From assembly GCA_963667015.2 (NCBI GenBank), contig CAXXJJ010000004.1:3936001-4000000 (forward strand): DNA of 64,000 nt. The letters are read 5' to 3'. Shown here piece by piece: positions 30,358-38,515 of this stretch (within the stretch, counting starts at the first letter, position 1; each line of letters starts with the position of its first letter). The notes beneath the pieces were generated by a model. It saw only the letters and a program-made list of their open reading frames with translations. It had not been told where the DNA came from and did no database searches. This DNA is from Desulfatiglandales bacterium (GTDB lineage: Bacteria; Desulfobacterota; DSM-4660; Desulfatiglandales; HGW-15). Position numbers and translations under genes: made by a program.

Positions 30358-31701
30358 ATGAGTGTATCTGCAATTTCAAAAGGAAATCAAGATTGTGATG
30401 TTGTAATAAGGATGCTTGACCAGTGCCTTTTTTTGTATAACTCCACAAAAGTTACTTCATCAATTCAATTAATAATTAATATTAAGAGAGGCACTCTAAA
30501 ATACTTAGATATTTTTGTTCCTTATCAAATATCTGAGCTAAGAAACCGTACTCCGAGCTTCTTACATGAATATAATCCTTATATCAATTTGCCATTTAGT
30601 TATGATGTTAAATCAAGAGATCCAGTAAATCAAAATTGTGGAGAAGTTATTTTAGATGATGTTGATACTAATATTAGAGAGGTATCTATAGAGCAAATTC
30701 CTTACATCGAATCAGGTTTGGATGCGACTAAAATCAAAATAATATTTTTAGAAGAAATCACTGTCCCCGAATGTGTAGGCATCAGATTAGAATTTGATAC
30801 ATATTCTCTTAATAAAATAATATTTAGTGATGAATTAAAAGACTACAATTCAATTAATGTCTGGTATTATATTCCAAGAGACATTCAGCTATTAAACCTA
30901 CCCAATATCTTAGACGTAAAGTGTTTAATTACTTGGCTGGTTTTTCCAAATAACACCCTTAATATAACAAATATAGCACCTCAATGTACCCATGTAAGAC
31001 CTATGGATGGTTCTAATTGGCACGATAAATCAATCTATGATGTTATGGAGCCTTTTTTTTATCCTAGGACCAAAGAGATATGGGGAAAATTGCCAAGAAA
31101 ACTAATTGAATGGCGAGATAAAGATGATTCAGGATTCGTCTTAGGCTCTAATAAATATAAGAATTATAGTGTTGATTTTGAAACTTTTAAAGAAGATTCG
31201 CAAAAGAAATTATTTCAGAAAGAAAAATCTTCCTCCTTTGATTTTATGTCTCCATCTGAAAAAGAAAAAGAAAAATATTTTACTAATAAGTTTGAATTTC
31301 AGATCATCGGAGGTTCTGAATCAGGGGGGATGATAGTTAGTGGAAATAAAAAAATAAAAATTGGTCATGCTGAATTGGATTTGCTCGTAAAATTAGCAAA
31401 AGAAGTCCAGAAGGACTATTACGGGAATGATGCTATTGATATTGGTTGGCTAAAAAGTACTGAATTAAGAGAATCCGTTAGGTCTTGGAGAGACAAGACT
31501 CTTCAAGATAAAGCTGTATCAAAAAAAACTAGTGACCCTGGGGAAGATATTATTAAGGTTATTAGTAGACTAAATATAAAATTAAATAATGAACTAGGAT
31601 TAGAGAAGAAGGACTATTTAATAGAGAATGGTTATAAGATGTATGGTCGAGCAGGACAATTTAGATTAAGAGTTCACCCTTCTTCAATTGAAATAATATA
31701 A
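30358..31701 (+). CDS. Hypothetical protein, beta-rich N-terminus and probable C-terminal winged-helix
   Basis: ELDLLVKLA...IIKVISRLNIKL...IEN....GQFRL resembles OmpR-type wHTH. Confidence 0.6.
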   Translation: MSVSAISKGNQDCDVVIRMLDQCLFLYNSTKVTSSIQLIINIKRGTLKYLDIFVPYQISELRNRTPSFLHEYNPYINLPFSYDVKSRDPVNQNCGEVILDDVDTNIREVSIEQIPYIESGLDATKIKIIFLEEITVPECVGIRLEFDTYSLNKIIFSDELKDYNSINVWYYIPRDIQLLNLPNILDVKCLITWLVFPNNTLNITNIAPQCTHVRPMDGSNWHDKSIYDVMEPFFYPRTKEIWGKLPRKLIEWRDKDDSGFVLGSNKYKNYSVDFETFKEDSQKKLFQKEKSSSFDFMSPSEKEKEKYFTNKFEFQIIGGSESGGMIVSGNKKIKIGHAELDLLVKLAKEVQKDYYGNDAIDIGWLKSTELRESVRSWRDKTLQDKAVSKKTSDPGEDIIKVISRLNIKLNNELGLEKKDYLIENGYKMYGRAGQFRLRVHPSSIEII

Positions 31702-31708
31702 TATAATT

Positions 31709-32032
31709 TTATTTCTTTATTTTTACAGGCGTGCCTAGCCCATACCCCATAATAATTCCAGGTCTAAGCATATAAGTTTCAACGCTATAATGAATTATGG
31801 CATCTGCTCCTGCTTTCTTTGCCGAATCATACATTTGTTCTTCTATATTTCGTGCATCCATCCCTCGTTTCGATTCAGATTTTAATTCTGGAGTTTGTAG
31901 AAATGTTTGAAAAATAGAACCTTCTTTCCATCTTATCACTTCTTTAGGTGGCAGGTATTCGTATTCCTTGCCAGTAATCTCTTCTAGTTCTTTCTTATCT
32001 CCTTGACAAAAAATTATATCCTTCCTTTTCAT
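31709..32032 (-). CDS. YbjQ/heavy-metal-binding-fold-like small protein
   Basis: AKKAGADAIIHY...GLGTPVK. Confidence 0.6.
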   Translation of the reverse strand: MKRKDIIFCQGDKKELEEITGKEYEYLPPKEVIRWKEGSIFQTFLQTPELKSESKRGMDARNIEEQMYDSAKKAGADAIIHYSVETYMLRPGIIMGYGLGTPVKIKK

Positions 32033-32240
32033 TTTTATTATGTTTTTTGGTGAAATACTCTTAAAAACCTTCCTACATGCGATTTTAATAGGATATCACA
32101 AGCTCTATCATATTCATAACGCACTGAATTGAATAGCTTTATTTTTTAATTAACTCCGTAATCTGCGATATTGCTGAGGTTCTTTTATCTAAAATCTAAA
32201 ACTATACTCTTTCTAAATATATAAAAAGAGGAGGCTAATC

Positions 32241-32459
32241 ATGTACAGCATAAGTGAAATATTAAAAAAGGAAGGCCTAGATCCGAATTTCGCAAACATG
32301 GAAGGCAATTTTGAACAACGAGAATATGGTCGTATATATACTCCTGCCAGCGTTAACAACAAAAGGAATGAAGTGAGATTATCAGATAATCTAGTAAAAA
32401 GCAATAATCCTCAAGAGCATGTTAGAGAAGTGAGATATTTTTCACCTTACATCCATTAA
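32241..32459 (+). CDS. Small hypothetical protein, first gene of the Ubl operon
   Basis: SD GAGGAGG; 72 aa; ends 26 bp before the Ubl gene. Confidence 0.65.
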   Translation: MYSISEILKKEGLDPNFANMEGNFEQREYGRIYTPASVNNKRNEVRLSDNLVKSNNPQEHVREVRYFSPYIH

Positions 32460-32485
32460 TCAAAATTAAAAAGGAGAAATAAAAA

Positions 32486-32773
32486 ATGGCACTTATAAAC
32501 ACAAACGATATCCACCCAACCCCAATGAACGATAAGAGAGCTTTAGTAAAATTTGCCGGAACAGGAAGAGAAGCAAAGGAAGTAATAATCGGCCCTGGTT
32601 CCACATATGGAGATTTATTGAATTTTCTGAATCTGTACGGTGACGACTATTATATCAGTAAAGACGGCAGCCCAACCACGGCCCTAAGAAAAAACCAGGT
32701 TATATATCCTCACATCGAGGATGGTGAAACCCTTTATGTAACAGCTAACGTAGATGCAGGAATCATCCTTTAA
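32486..32773 (+). CDS. Ubiquitin-like (beta-grasp) protein with DAG|IIL tail
   Basis: EVIIGPGSTYGDLL...IEDGETLYV.....DAG; SD AAGGAG; upstream of E2/JAB/E1. Confidence 0.8.
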   Translation: MALINTNDIHPTPMNDKRALVKFAGTGREAKEVIIGPGSTYGDLLNFLNLYGDDYYISKDGSPTTALRKNQVIYPHIEDGETLYVTANVDAGIIL

Positions 32774-32795
32774 TCTAATTTTTAAGGAGCCCGAA

Positions 32796-33317
32796 ATGGA
32801 AATACTAGTACTGATAATCTCGATTTTTATTTTCTATAAAATATTCCTGAGTCCGAAAGCAGGTGATAATGCCTTTTCCAAACAATATAAAAGAAGAGAG
32901 AAAAATTCAAAAATAAAAATTGTTCCTGGAAATAACCTGCCATCGAATAAAGTGAATCCGAGGAATATACCCATCTACAAACAAAAGGAATGGGTGCAAA
33001 GCAAGAATGCCTTCTATGGCTACTACTACACACCTTATGGTAACTGGTATGGAGAAATAATCAGAAGAGGAGATAAACTAGTCGTATACATTATTGATCC
33101 TCCTCTAAAACAGCTACGACTTCATACCAAGTGGGCTTGTTTTCATAAGAAAGGGAATCATAAGGTTTGGCTTCACCTGCAGCGACAACCAAAAGATTAC
33201 GATATTGGCTCTGTGATTGTTTATGTGGAGCATCTTATTTCCGAGAGTTTTCGAAAATCGTTAAAGGCTAAAAAGCCCAGGAAATCATCTCCTACGGTTC
33301 ATCCGATTGTCGGTTAA
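32796..33317 (+). CDS. E2-like conjugating protein with N-terminal TM anchor
   Basis: SD AAGGAG; hydrophobic MEILVLIISIFIFYKIFL; VYIIDPP...HTKWACF...LH with a single Cys; lies between Ubl and JAB. Confidence 0.65.
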   Translation: MEILVLIISIFIFYKIFLSPKAGDNAFSKQYKRREKNSKIKIVPGNNLPSNKVNPRNIPIYKQKEWVQSKNAFYGYYYTPYGNWYGEIIRRGDKLVVYIIDPPLKQLRLHTKWACFHKKGNHKVWLHLQRQPKDYDIGSVIVYVEHLISESFRKSLKAKKPRKSSPTVHPIVG

Positions 33318-33369
33318 TATATTATTGAATAGAACTTTAATTTATTAAAATCAAGTTGGAGGAAAACAT

Positions 33370-34086
33370 ATGTATATTTCTGAGTCAAACGCTTCAGCAA
33401 TAGAAATCATCAATAAATATGAACAGGAGCTTTTTAAAGAGAGTTCAAAGTGCATTGATGAAATAAACAACATTTCAGCCAGTCTTGAAGAGAACTGGGA
33501 AAGCAGCTTTTTGAGTAAAACATCATTTTTCCTTGGTATCAACAGGGCAAGAAAGGCTTTGCTTTTGTCTATGAAGATGAGAAGGAAGGATATTTCTCAA
33601 TATAAAACATATCAGACGTCCTCTCTTTTTCTACAGGAATGCCATGATTACTTAACTGGAGATCCCAAAAAAAATGAGCTGTTGCACCTTGTCACAGGTC
33701 CCATTACAGAAGGTGGAATAAAGGTGCTTAGTAAAATGGAAAAAATTAAATATGAAAAACAGAGTTCAGCCTATGTTCGCGGAGATGAATCCGATGTTCA
33801 TAAAAGAATTTTAGCATTGGATGAAATCTATGGACATCTTGTCTTAGCAGTATTTCATTCGCATATATCAAACGGGAAAAATTCGACTTCTCCCTCTTCT
33901 ATTGATTTAGAACTTCTTAAAAGAATGGAGTCAGTAGGAATAAAATGTGTCAGTGGAATATTTTCATTGGATGGTTATATCCGGTTATTTTCCATGACTG
34001 ATTTTTCTATTCAGGTTTATGGCAAAGGAATTGAGTTGATTGAGGATGAATCAAAAACAAAAATATTCAGGCTTTCAAAGGTGTAA
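33370..34086 (+). CDS. JAB/MPN+ metallopeptidase (DUB-like)
   Basis: NELLHLVTG (Glu) and FHSH......TSPSSID. Confidence 0.85.
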   Translation: MYISESNASAIEIINKYEQELFKESSKCIDEINNISASLEENWESSFLSKTSFFLGINRARKALLLSMKMRRKDISQYKTYQTSSLFLQECHDYLTGDPKKNELLHLVTGPITEGGIKVLSKMEKIKYEKQSSAYVRGDESDVHKRILALDEIYGHLVLAVFHSHISNGKNSTSPSSIDLELLKRMESVGIKCVSGIFSLDGYIRLFSMTDFSIQVYGKGIELIEDESKTKIFRLSKV

Positions 34087-34090
34087 TCAA

Positions 34091-34861
34091 ATGAAAAAAC
34101 TTACAACCAGGCCAATTAACAAGCATAGATGGCAAGAGCTTGGGTTTAGTCAGGATAAGGTTTCTGGTTTTTTCTCAAAAAAATATCATTCATCAAAAGT
34201 GTTGATGATAGGAGCGGGAGGAATAGGAAGCCTTATTGGCCTTGCTTTGACCAGAAAGGGATTAGGTTTTTTGGATATCTTTGATGACGATGATGTCGAA
34301 TTAAAAAATCTTACACGTCAAATTTTTAGTGAAAGGGATATTGGGAAAAATAAGGCAATCCAGTTAGTCAAAATGCTTTCAAAGCAGGGCCTTTTTAAAA
34401 CAACACTTCAAGGACTCCCTTACAGATTCCAGGAAGCCCTTGAGATGAAAATGGATATGTCTGGGTATGACTTAATCATGTGTGGTGTAGACAATAATCC
34501 GACAAGGATATCCGTATCGCAATATTGTTTAAAAAAGAAGATTCCTTTAATCATATGTTCCGTTTCTCGTGATGCCTCGACAATGCTATGTGCCATTCAG
34601 GAGCCTGGAAAAGCGTGTTTCGGATGTATGCTTCCCGGTTCTATAAATGATGAGAGTTATCCATGCAACCTTCCGGGAATCATAGACATAAACCAGGTTG
34701 TAGCGGGTTTTAGTGTTTATGCTGTTGATACTATATTGATGAATAGACACAGGGAATGGAATTTTAAATTTGTCTCTCTTGATGGGTCTGTCCCTGACTC
34801 TTCAAAGATGATTGAAAGAAATCCTGAATGCGCCTTGTGTGGAAAAAACAAACATTCTTAA
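34091..34861 (+). CDS. ThiF/E1-like adenylyltransferase
   Basis: IGAGGIG, DDDDVELKNLTRQ, GVDN, CFGC, candidate catalytic Cys in YPC, CALC. Confidence 0.93.
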   Translation: MKKLTTRPINKHRWQELGFSQDKVSGFFSKKYHSSKVLMIGAGGIGSLIGLALTRKGLGFLDIFDDDDVELKNLTRQIFSERDIGKNKAIQLVKMLSKQGLFKTTLQGLPYRFQEALEMKMDMSGYDLIMCGVDNNPTRISVSQYCLKKKIPLIICSVSRDASTMLCAIQEPGKACFGCMLPGSINDESYPCNLPGIIDINQVVAGFSVYAVDTILMNRHREWNFKFVSLDGSVPDSSKMIERNPECALCGKNKHS

Positions 34862-34874
34862 GAGAGGAACTAAT

Positions 34875-35165
34875 ATGGACCCATTTAATCAGATGAATCA
34901 GCAAAACAATCCGAGAGTTATAGTTTCGAAACCTAATCCCTCTTTTATTGATTTGTCAACGCATTCGCCCGGATACCTTGACGATGAAAAGCCTTCCTGG
35001 ACAGAAAAAGTCTTGGGTAAAGCTGTAGGAACATTAACCAAATTGATTACATTTATTGTTTTGGGCGTGGGTATAACAGCTTTGATTATTCTATTGCGAC
35101 CCTTCATGAAACTAATCATTGAATTTTCCAATTGGGCATACAATTCGATTGATAAATTTTTTTAA
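34875..35165 (+). CDS. Small single-pass membrane protein
   Basis: SD GAGGA; hydrophobic LITFIVLGVGITALIILL. Confidence 0.7.
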   Translation: MDPFNQMNQQNNPRVIVSKPNPSFIDLSTHSPGYLDDEKPSWTEKVLGKAVGTLTKLITFIVLGVGITALIILLRPFMKLIIEFSNWAYNSIDKFF

Positions 35166-35179
35166 TTCTGGAGAGAAAA

Positions 35180-35635
35180 ATGGATTTTGAAAAATTTATA
35201 GATTTTCTAATGGCAAGATCAACAAACCAGGAGCCAATTCAATACGAGAACTATGGAAATGTTGTAACCATGTATGATGGGTCCGGAAATGTTGGAGGCT
35301 TTATAACTCAAGTTGTTTATGATGAAATGGGCAGGTTGGTCGTTCGGGGGTTAACTGCCAGTTCTATTATAGGTTGTGGACATGCCATCTCTTGTTCAAG
35401 TGAGGTGTCTGGGGTCTGCATGATATGCGGTAGGCTTTGCTGCACCCGTCTGGGATGTATGGAAACCTGTGATATTTTAGGAATAACGTGCTGTAAAAAA
35501 CACTACTCGATAATTGACGGAATAGTTGTTTCCACTCGGGCACAGAAGGGAATGTGGAAATCAAAGGCAAAAAAATTAGCCAGAAAAAGAGGAACATTAT
35601 CAAATGACTTCAAGCGACTCCCAGAAAAAGTATAA
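35180..35635 (+). CDS. Cys-rich putative Zn-finger protein
   Basis: CGH, CMICG, CC...C..C, CCKKH. Confidence 0.75.
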   Translation: MDFEKFIDFLMARSTNQEPIQYENYGNVVTMYDGSGNVGGFITQVVYDEMGRLVVRGLTASSIIGCGHAISCSSEVSGVCMICGRLCCTRLGCMETCDILGITCCKKHYSIIDGIVVSTRAQKGMWKSKAKKLARKRGTLSNDFKRLPEKV

Positions 35636-36473
35636 ATATTTTGATCGAAATACAATCCTTAACAGAGGGCATCTTTTTAGTACACCTTTACCTTCACAAG
35701 TTGCTGGCGATATCAGGATTGGCTATATCCAGAATACTTCTATTATCTTTTGCATTTTGTTTTCCGAACTCGTCCAACACTTACTCTTGTTAGGCAGGTC
35801 AGGTGCTGGTAAAACAAACGTACTGCGGATTATCCAACTTGAATTATTTAGGTTAGGCATCCCATTCTTATGTTTTGACCTTGCCAAATATAATACTCGA
35901 TATTTAAAAAAATATATTCCTGAGTTGATAATCATTCGGTGGAATAAAGAGTTTTTTATGAATGTGTTTGAACCACCACCAGGAATAAATGTTAAAGAAT
36001 GGCTCTTGACCTTTTGTGAAGTTACTTCTGAAGCCTTTGGATTGTTCGCAGCCTCAAAATCTCTATTAATAGAACTTGTTGAATCTCTCTATGTAAAATT
36101 TGATTCAGAAAATACACATCAATTTCCCTGCTTAAAGGACTTCATTAATGCATTAACACAAAGGCGGATAACAACAAAATCCAGAATTGATATTGATTAT
36201 ATTGACAGAGTAAAAAATAAATTTACGGCTATTAACATCTCTCTTGGTCCTGCATTAAATGTTAAATCAGGTATATCATTTGAAGAGCTTTTAAAAAAAC
36301 CTGTTTGCCTTGAACTTGTAGGAATTAACTCTGCTGAAATACAGACATGGATTGTAACTCTTATTATGGCATGGATTTCATTGTATAGATCAAAACAATC
36401 TGATCTGGGAAAATTAAAATCTGTGATTTTTTACGATGAGGCTGCCAAGGCCTTCGGGAAAGGTAATTTATGA
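35604..36473 (+). CDS. HerA/DUF87-like ATPase, N-terminal part
   Basis: Walker A GRSGAGKT; ends just after Walker B IFYDEA. Confidence 0.85.
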   Translation: MTSSDSQKKYKYFDRNTILNRGHLFSTPLPSQVAGDIRIGYIQNTSIIFCILFSELVQHLLLLGRSGAGKTNVLRIIQLELFRLGIPFLCFDLAKYNTRYLKKYIPELIIIRWNKEFFMNVFEPPPGINVKEWLLTFCEVTSEAFGLFAASKSLLIELVESLYVKFDSENTHQFPCLKDFINALTQRRITTKSRIDIDYIDRVKNKFTAINISLGPALNVKSGISFEELLKKPVCLELVGINSAEIQTWIVTLIMAWISLYRSKQSDLGKLKSVIFYDEAAKAFGKGNL

Positions 36474-37582
36474 ATAGGGAGAGTATTAATATAAGTTGCA
36501 CTAGACGACTACGTGAATCCGGTGTGTCAATTAATCTCGCTGACCAGTCTGTTTCAAGTCTGATGGATGTTGTGAAAAGCAATGTCTATACTTTGATATG
36601 TCTTGGACAGAGTAGTTCAAAAGACATGAGAGAAATAATAGAAATACTGGGACTAAATAGAGAGCAGGCACAGATAATCAACAAGCTTGATCCTGGACAG
36701 GGAATTATTAAGCTTGCCTCGCGTTTTCCTTACCCTGTCCTAGTTAGATTCCCATTTGTTGAACCTATATTTATTGATGAAAACGAAATTGATGAGATTA
36801 ATTCTAAAGACCTGGTCATCAAGAGTTTATTAGAAAATGTAAGGCATATAAAAGATCCGGTGAAAAATATTGATAGAAATGAAGTCGGGGATAAATCACT
36901 ACCACAAAAGGATATAACGTCTCAAGGAGCAGAAAATAAAAACGCCTTCAGTGATAATATCATGCGATATATTATGGTTGTTAATCTCTATCAGTTTAAA
37001 AAGACCAAAATAGAAATTTCTGACCTTGCTGGTTTTTCGAGAGGAACTGGAAGTAGGGTACAAAATCAATGTTTAAGTCATAACCTTATTAAGAATATAG
37101 ATCTGAGCTTTGGTCGCGGAAAACCACAATACCCCAAATTACTTCCAGATGCATATAAGCTCCTTGGAATAAAGGAAAAAAAATATTTTGGGAAAGGAGC
37201 AGGTGACGAGCATATTCTTTGCCAACATCTTGTTGCAGAAAACTTCAAAGCCTTTAATCCTACAATAGAATTATATCGTGGTAAAAAACATATAGATGTC
37301 GCATTTGAGATAAATGATTCCCTCATTGCCATTGAGGTTGAAATGACCTCAGTGCATATGGCTACAAATGTTAAGAAAGATATAGAAGATGCCAAAGCAG
37401 CATACGTGATTATCGGTTGCAAGGATAGTAAAGTACTTCAAGAGGTTCAAATCAAATTGTTAGAATTACCTTTAGAATTGAGAAATAAAACTGAATCGAT
37501 TTTATTGTCAAAGCTTTTAAGCTCTGACCCTAAGGGCATTATTGAGCGCATTAGCAAACATTTAAATACTTATATCATTTGA
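36470..37582 (+). CDS. HerA-like ATPase C-terminal part with wHTH and PD-(D/E)xK-like domain
   Basis: RRLRESG...ADQS, L.PGQGI, EH, IDVA...IAIEVE; colinear with the C-terminal half of 10932-13097. Confidence 0.8.
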   Translation: MNRESINISCTRRLRESGVSINLADQSVSSLMDVVKSNVYTLICLGQSSSKDMREIIEILGLNREQAQIINKLDPGQGIIKLASRFPYPVLVRFPFVEPIFIDENEIDEINSKDLVIKSLLENVRHIKDPVKNIDRNEVGDKSLPQKDITSQGAENKNAFSDNIMRYIMVVNLYQFKKTKIEISDLAGFSRGTGSRVQNQCLSHNLIKNIDLSFGRGKPQYPKLLPDAYKLLGIKEKKYFGKGAGDEHILCQHLVAENFKAFNPTIELYRGKKHIDVAFEINDSLIAIEVEMTSVHMATNVKKDIEDAKAAYVIIGCKDSKVLQEVQIKLLELPLELRNKTESILLSKLLSSDPKGIIERISKHLNTYII

Positions 37583-37590
37583 TATAAGTA
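37561..37590 (+). promoter_or_regulatory. TATA-like box plus 11-bp perfect inverted repeat (candidate TA operator)
   Basis: TTTAAATA at 37561-37568; TACTTATATCA-tt-TGATATAAGTA at 37567-37590. Confidence 0.6.
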
Positions 37591-37593
37591 GAA

Positions 37594-37878
37594 ATGGTAA
37601 CAAGTACAATTACACCTCCTCTGAGCATCACCAGGTATCCCAGGTTAGACACAGTCTTGATGGTTGAAAGTTTTATTAAAGAGCATTCGGGAGAGTTTAA
37701 AATCTATCAGCTATGGAAGAATCTTCCTAAAAAGGTAATGTACCAGACTTACAAACTAATTGTTACTTACCTTATTGATATAAACAGAGTGGCAGTGGAT
37801 AGCGAGAACAAGATTGGTTATATATGGAGCCCAGAAGCTGGGAAACGATATAAAAAATATGGAATAAGATGGGAATAG
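37594..37878 (+). CDS. Putative antitoxin / wHTH-like small protein
   Basis: 94 aa, overlaps a RelE-like gene, operator-like palindrome upstream. Confidence 0.6.
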   Translation: MVTSTITPPLSITRYPRLDTVLMVESFIKEHSGEFKIYQLWKNLPKKVMYQTYKLIVTYLIDINRVAVDSENKIGYIWSPEAGKRYKKYGIRWE

Positions 37879-38210
37879 TACGATCTAGTGATGCTGTTGT
37901 CTTTTCAGACAATAAAGTTGGAAATGCTTGGCGAGCTACAAAAGAATCTGATCCCGAACTCGCAAAGCAGCTTAACATTGCCAAAAAGAATTTAATGGAA
38001 AATGCCTTTTGTGGAATTCAAATTCCAAAAGAGTTGATTCCTGAAACTTATATTAAAAAATATGGAGTAACTAATCTTTGGAAATATAATCTGCCTAATG
38101 CATGGAGACTTATTTATTCAGTAACAACACCAACAAAAATAGAAATAATATCTGTTGTCTTGGAGTGGATGAATCATAAGAATTATGAGAGGCGATTTAA
38201 GTATTCGTAG
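37869..38210 (+). CDS. RelE/HigB-like toxin
   Basis: NLWKYNLPNAWRLIYSV...HKNYERRF. Confidence 0.7.
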   Translation: MGIVRSSDAVVFSDNKVGNAWRATKESDPELAKQLNIAKKNLMENAFCGIQIPKELIPETYIKKYGVTNLWKYNLPNAWRLIYSVTTPTKIEIISVVLEWMNHKNYERRFKYS

Positions 38211-38299
38211 CTAATTTACAAAGCTAAATTAAATTAATATATCATCTTATAACATATTTATTCAAAATATAACTTGACTTTTTGAAGGAGGTTCGTATA

Positions 38300-38485
38300 A
38301 TGGAAAATAATATCCAAAGACCAAATCTTCTAACAGCCAAAGAACTTTCTAAAATTTCAAGGGTGCACTGTTCAACGATTTATAGGTTGGCAAAATCCGG
38401 TGAACTAAAAAGTTATATGATAGGAAGTCGGCGGCTTTTTAAAGAAGAGGATTTTTGGCAGTTCTTTGAAAAATCAGCGAGATAG
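38300..38485 (+). CDS. Excisionase-like HTH protein
   Basis: LLTAKEL...STIYRLAKSGEL...IG.RRLF; SD AAGGAGG. Confidence 0.88.
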   Translation: MENNIQRPNLLTAKELSKISRVHCSTIYRLAKSGELKSYMIGSRRLFKEEDFWQFFEKSAR

Positions 38486-38515
38486 GAAATACGTTTTTGG
38501 AAAGGAGTATTAATT

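Noticed and set aside
34091..34861. Housekeeping ThiF/MoeB for thiamine or Moco synthesis
   Set aside because: It sits in the island with E2-like and JAB genes, and the Ubl has a masked single Gly rather than a terminal GG. The moeA/mobB genes are in the separate core region.
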